This document shows, piece by piece, positions 60,581 through 64,000 of a stretch of DNA of 64,000 bases. Both the position numbers and the translations under genes were made by a program. This DNA comes from Macrostomum hystrix (Eukaryota; Animalia; Platyhelminthes): positions 22,382,001 to 22,446,000 of the forward strand of contig CATNEN010000038.1 of the NCBI GenBank assembly GCA_950097015.1. Reading direction: 5' to 3'. The notes under the pieces are model-generated. The model did no database searches, was not told where the DNA came from, and saw only the letters and a list, made by a program, of their open reading frames with translations. Position 1 is the first letter of the stretch. Every line of letters begins with the position of its first letter.

Positions 60581-63500
60581 TTCACTTACTTGACTTATCT
60601 GCAGGGCGGTCCGATTGACACAACGGGGAGGTGGGGAGGCGGTCGCCCATACCGCTAATCCCTGAAAGACCGGCAATCGGCCGATGGCGCGGGGCCAGTC
60701 AGGGAGGTCCGTGGCCGGTCCTTCCTGCAGCTTGCTCTTCACTAGGGAAGAAAGATGCTTGTCTGGTAGCCCTTAGGAACCGGAAGAGCCGCGGGATGTT
60801 CTCGGATCTGCAAACGTCGTCCATGGATGGGTTTGGTCCGAGGTGATTAAGCCTCTCTCTGGTGAAGAAAGGGCAGTGACAGACGAAGTGCAGGGCATCC
60901 TCGTTCTCAAGGTTGCAGAACGGGCACAGCTCACTCCGGAGGTCTCGGAGGAGGAAACAGTGTCTGGCGTAGTAGCCATGGCCCGTGAGGGTCATGGTGA
61001 GGCCCCGGATGTCCTTCCGGGTCTGGTTTAGAAGGACCTTCCGGAGCCGAGTGGATGGCACTGAGACTGCCGCTTTGGATTGGCGGCAATTAATGGTGCT
61101 TCTCCACCGGGTAAGATGGAGCTTGGCGGCCCAGTCATTAATCTGACGATAGATGACGGTGTTCAGAATTGGAATCGGGGGGGAGGGGCCCGGCGCAGAG
61201 CTAGCGCCTCCCTGCTTGGCCAGGGAGTCAGCAAGCTCGTTTCCAGAAAAACCGGCATGCCCTGGTATCCATTGAAGACTGACGGTATTCTTACCGGCCA
61301 GGTTGCTAAGCTTCCGGACACAGTCAGAGACTGTCCGGGAGGTTGTGGTGGTGTGACAGAGGGCTTGCAGAGCAGCCTGACTGTCCGGGTGAAAGATGAT
61401 AGTCCTGCCTGAGATGTTTTTCTCATTCAACTCCACAGCGCAGGAGCTGATGGCCAGGACCTCGTTCTGGAAAACGCTTGAGGAATTTCAGTGTGTTGAG
61501 CGTGTGTGGCGACAACACGTCCGTCGACTAGGATACAGACCCCGAAGCCAGCGGAGCCATCCTTCATAAATCCGTCCGTGTAGCAGTGGACCTCCTGGGT
61601 GTTTCAGTGGTCGCTAGCTTGGTCCCTGGTGGGGATGAGAACCTTAAAGCACTGGAGAAGGTTGAGCGTGCGCGGTTCTCCGTCCGTAAGGACATTGATT
61701 CCGTTGTTCGCGCCCAAATCTCTCAGGCAAAGGTCCGTGTGCGGCAGGAGCTTTCGTTTTGCTGCCGCTCGTTGGGGGACGAAGCGCACTCCGGCATCAA
61801 GGAGACGCCGGGCGGTTTTTGCCGCCTCACCGCGGATAAAAATATCAAGCGGGAGGATATTCAGGAAGGCGCTGAGGCCGTCGAAGGGGGCGGATGGCGG
61901 GGCGCTCATGATCATGCGACACGCGCGAACTTGCACTCTCCGAAGAGTCTCATGGCAGGTCTTTAGCTGCAGGGCGCTAGCCCAGATCAGTCCGGCGTAC
62001 GAAACAGCCGGTCTGACCATAACAGTGTAGATCCACCATAGAACGCAAGTGTTGCCAACCGCCCTGCGCAGCTGCGCCAGGATCGCAAAGGCCTTTTTGT
62101 GTTTAGCGTGGGTCATGAGGAGTCTAGCTGAGCCTGTGATCGAGCGTTATGCCCAAGCATTTAGTTTGCTTCTGGAAGGTGATGTCCTTTCCATACAGCT
62201 GGAGGGGGCGAATATGCCATTTGTTTTTGCTGGTGAACATGATCACCGCTGTCTTAGACTCGGAGAGCTTCAGACCACAGCGAGTTGCCTATCTTTCAGC
62301 GTTGTTTTCGAGTTTTGCAGAAGGTCTCGGAGGGCTTCCGGTGCCGGGCCGGATGCCACTGCCGTAACATCATCCGCGTAGCCGACCTTTAGGATGGGGT
62401 CCGGCTGAGAGTCCCGAATGAGCTCGTCGATAACCATATTCCAAAGAATTGGTGAGAGGACGCCGCCTTGTGGGCTACCTTTGCAGACAGTGACCGTCCG
62501 CTGGTGTCTAAGAGGGTGCGCCGTAGCAGTGCGGTGGCGGACCATGTACATGATCCACCTCCTAAGATGCGAATGCGTGTGCCGCATACGTAGGGCCCTG
62601 TCAAGCCGTTCGGCCCATTGGATTTAAAGGGGTTGAAGGACTGCAGGCTGCCTTGGTAACCCGGTCTTCAGTAATAATGGACGCCGCAAGGATATGACCT
62701 TCCTCGGCATGATCCGGGGGGTCTGTCCCTGCTGGCACGCTGGGGAAGAAGGCTGTGAGCAAAGTGTCAAGCGTTTCCCCAGGGTTCTCGGTGGGTCGGC
62801 CATCGGCCTTCCTCACCGTCGAAAGCTTGGACATATGGTCCAGCGTGAGGGCTTTGACGATTCTGGAGGTAGGGCGAATGCCCTCAAGCTCCTCACTCCT
62901 CACAGTATTGTCGCCACTTGCTGTTTTTGGCGTTTCTGACTTCCTTCTTGAAGCTATGCTATGAACGGCTTTAAGATACGCAGCCTGATCAGCCTGGTTT
63001 TTAGTTTTGGTGGCCCTGCGGTGTAGCCGCTTCGCCGCTCGACGGAGCTCGCCGAGCTGCGGATTCCGCCATGGGGCAGACGTTTTGCCTCTGTAGGCTT
63101 TGAGGGGGCAGGAGGCCTCGAAGGCGGTGGTCAGCGAGTTAGTAAGAAACTCAGCTAGCTCATCCGCTTCATCGCAGGTGCGATGGGCTGAGGTTTCATT
63201 GGGTTCCTTCGAGGTTATACCTGAAGGCTTCCCAATCGGCGTTCCTAGCGTTCCTTTTCCAAGTGATCTGGATAGTGCAGCGTGCACCTGCCAGTTGGAA
63301 AGAGATATATTTGTGATCGGAGAGGGAGATCCGGCAGAACCTGCCACTCCCTAAGGCTCTGGTAAAGCCCAGGTGTGGCTAGAGTGGCGACAATGACCTC
63401 AGACCATCGGCCATTGTCGAAGGTCGGGGTGCTCCATTTGTTGCAGAACTCCAGGGGCGTGGTTAAGATGTAGGCAAGGAGGTCCTCGCCTCTCGAGTTA

Positions 63501-64000
63501 ATGTGAGAGCTCCTCCAGTGGGTGTGGTGGGTGTTGATATCGCCAGCCACCATGAGCTAATAGTTTTTGGCAGTGAATGTTTCAACCAGAGAAATCAGCT
63601 CCTCAGAGACTACCGGCCTATCGCCCGGTAGATAAACCGAGGCGATAAAGACGGTCTTTCCTGGGAGGATACTCTCCGACTGGATGACACAGGTGTCCCG
63701 ATCAGAGAGGTCGGGTCTGTGCCAGTTGAGAGAGTCTCTCACGAGGATGCACGCCCTGGGAGTTTGGTTCTCCCGGTGACGGCTGTTGTAGAAGCAGTGA
63801 TACCCATTGGGTACATTTTGAGGCTTACCTTTGTGAGTCCACGGCTCCTGGATGAGGATGAGACCCGGCGTGTTGAGCTCGACGTAGCGCATCAGATTGA
63901 CGGATGCAGCTATGCAGTGTTGCAGGTTAACCTGCAGGCAAGTGGTTCCAGTCAGACTATTCATGGTCTAACGGGAGACTCCTTGAGCAGCTCGTCCTCC
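60579..64000 (-). mobile_element. Non-LTR retrotransposon (APE-RT-RNase H; I-group, Loa/R1-like), disrupted; continues beyond the window
   Basis: APE: LQVNLQH, LIQEPW, ASVYLP, GDINTHH..W, TPTF. RT: GSPQGGVLSPILWN, YADD. RNase H: DSQAAL, QWIPGHAGFSGNELADSLAK. C-terminal CPFC..EDALHFVCHC; TAAG-like tail. Stops, frameshifts and an RT deletion near 62600. Confidence 0.92.

Overview
This is eukaryotic (metazoan) DNA with GT-AG introns and abundant minisatellites; its style suggests a free-living flatworm such as Macrostomum, which is inference only. The left end holds two conserved genes, SPATA7 (1262-4227) and NELFCD/TH1L (5145-11779). Most of the window (15.6-54 kb) is a cluster of type-I membrane receptor genes with the architecture signal peptide - F-type lectin-like domain (FTLD) - several Ig-like domains - TM - short tail. 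Gene A (+, 15629-17829) has one FTLD. Gene B (+, 24025-42110) can be spliced into one 20-exon frame with three FTLD-Ig repeats. Gene C (-, 48936-53928) is an inverted copy. Paralog differences concentrate in predicted lectin loops, the Ig modules are phase-1 symmetric exons, and a hidden in-frame exon with an ITSM-like motif lies directly behind a stop codon at a splice donor. Also present are a secreted C-type lectin-PAN gene, a GPCR pseudogene, MATE and NELFCD fragments, and many mobile elements (Crypton, Tc1/IS630-like, Helitron/Helentron-like, CMC/EnSpm, SINEs, RNase H-bearing LINE). All splice models were derived by hand and need RNA evidence.
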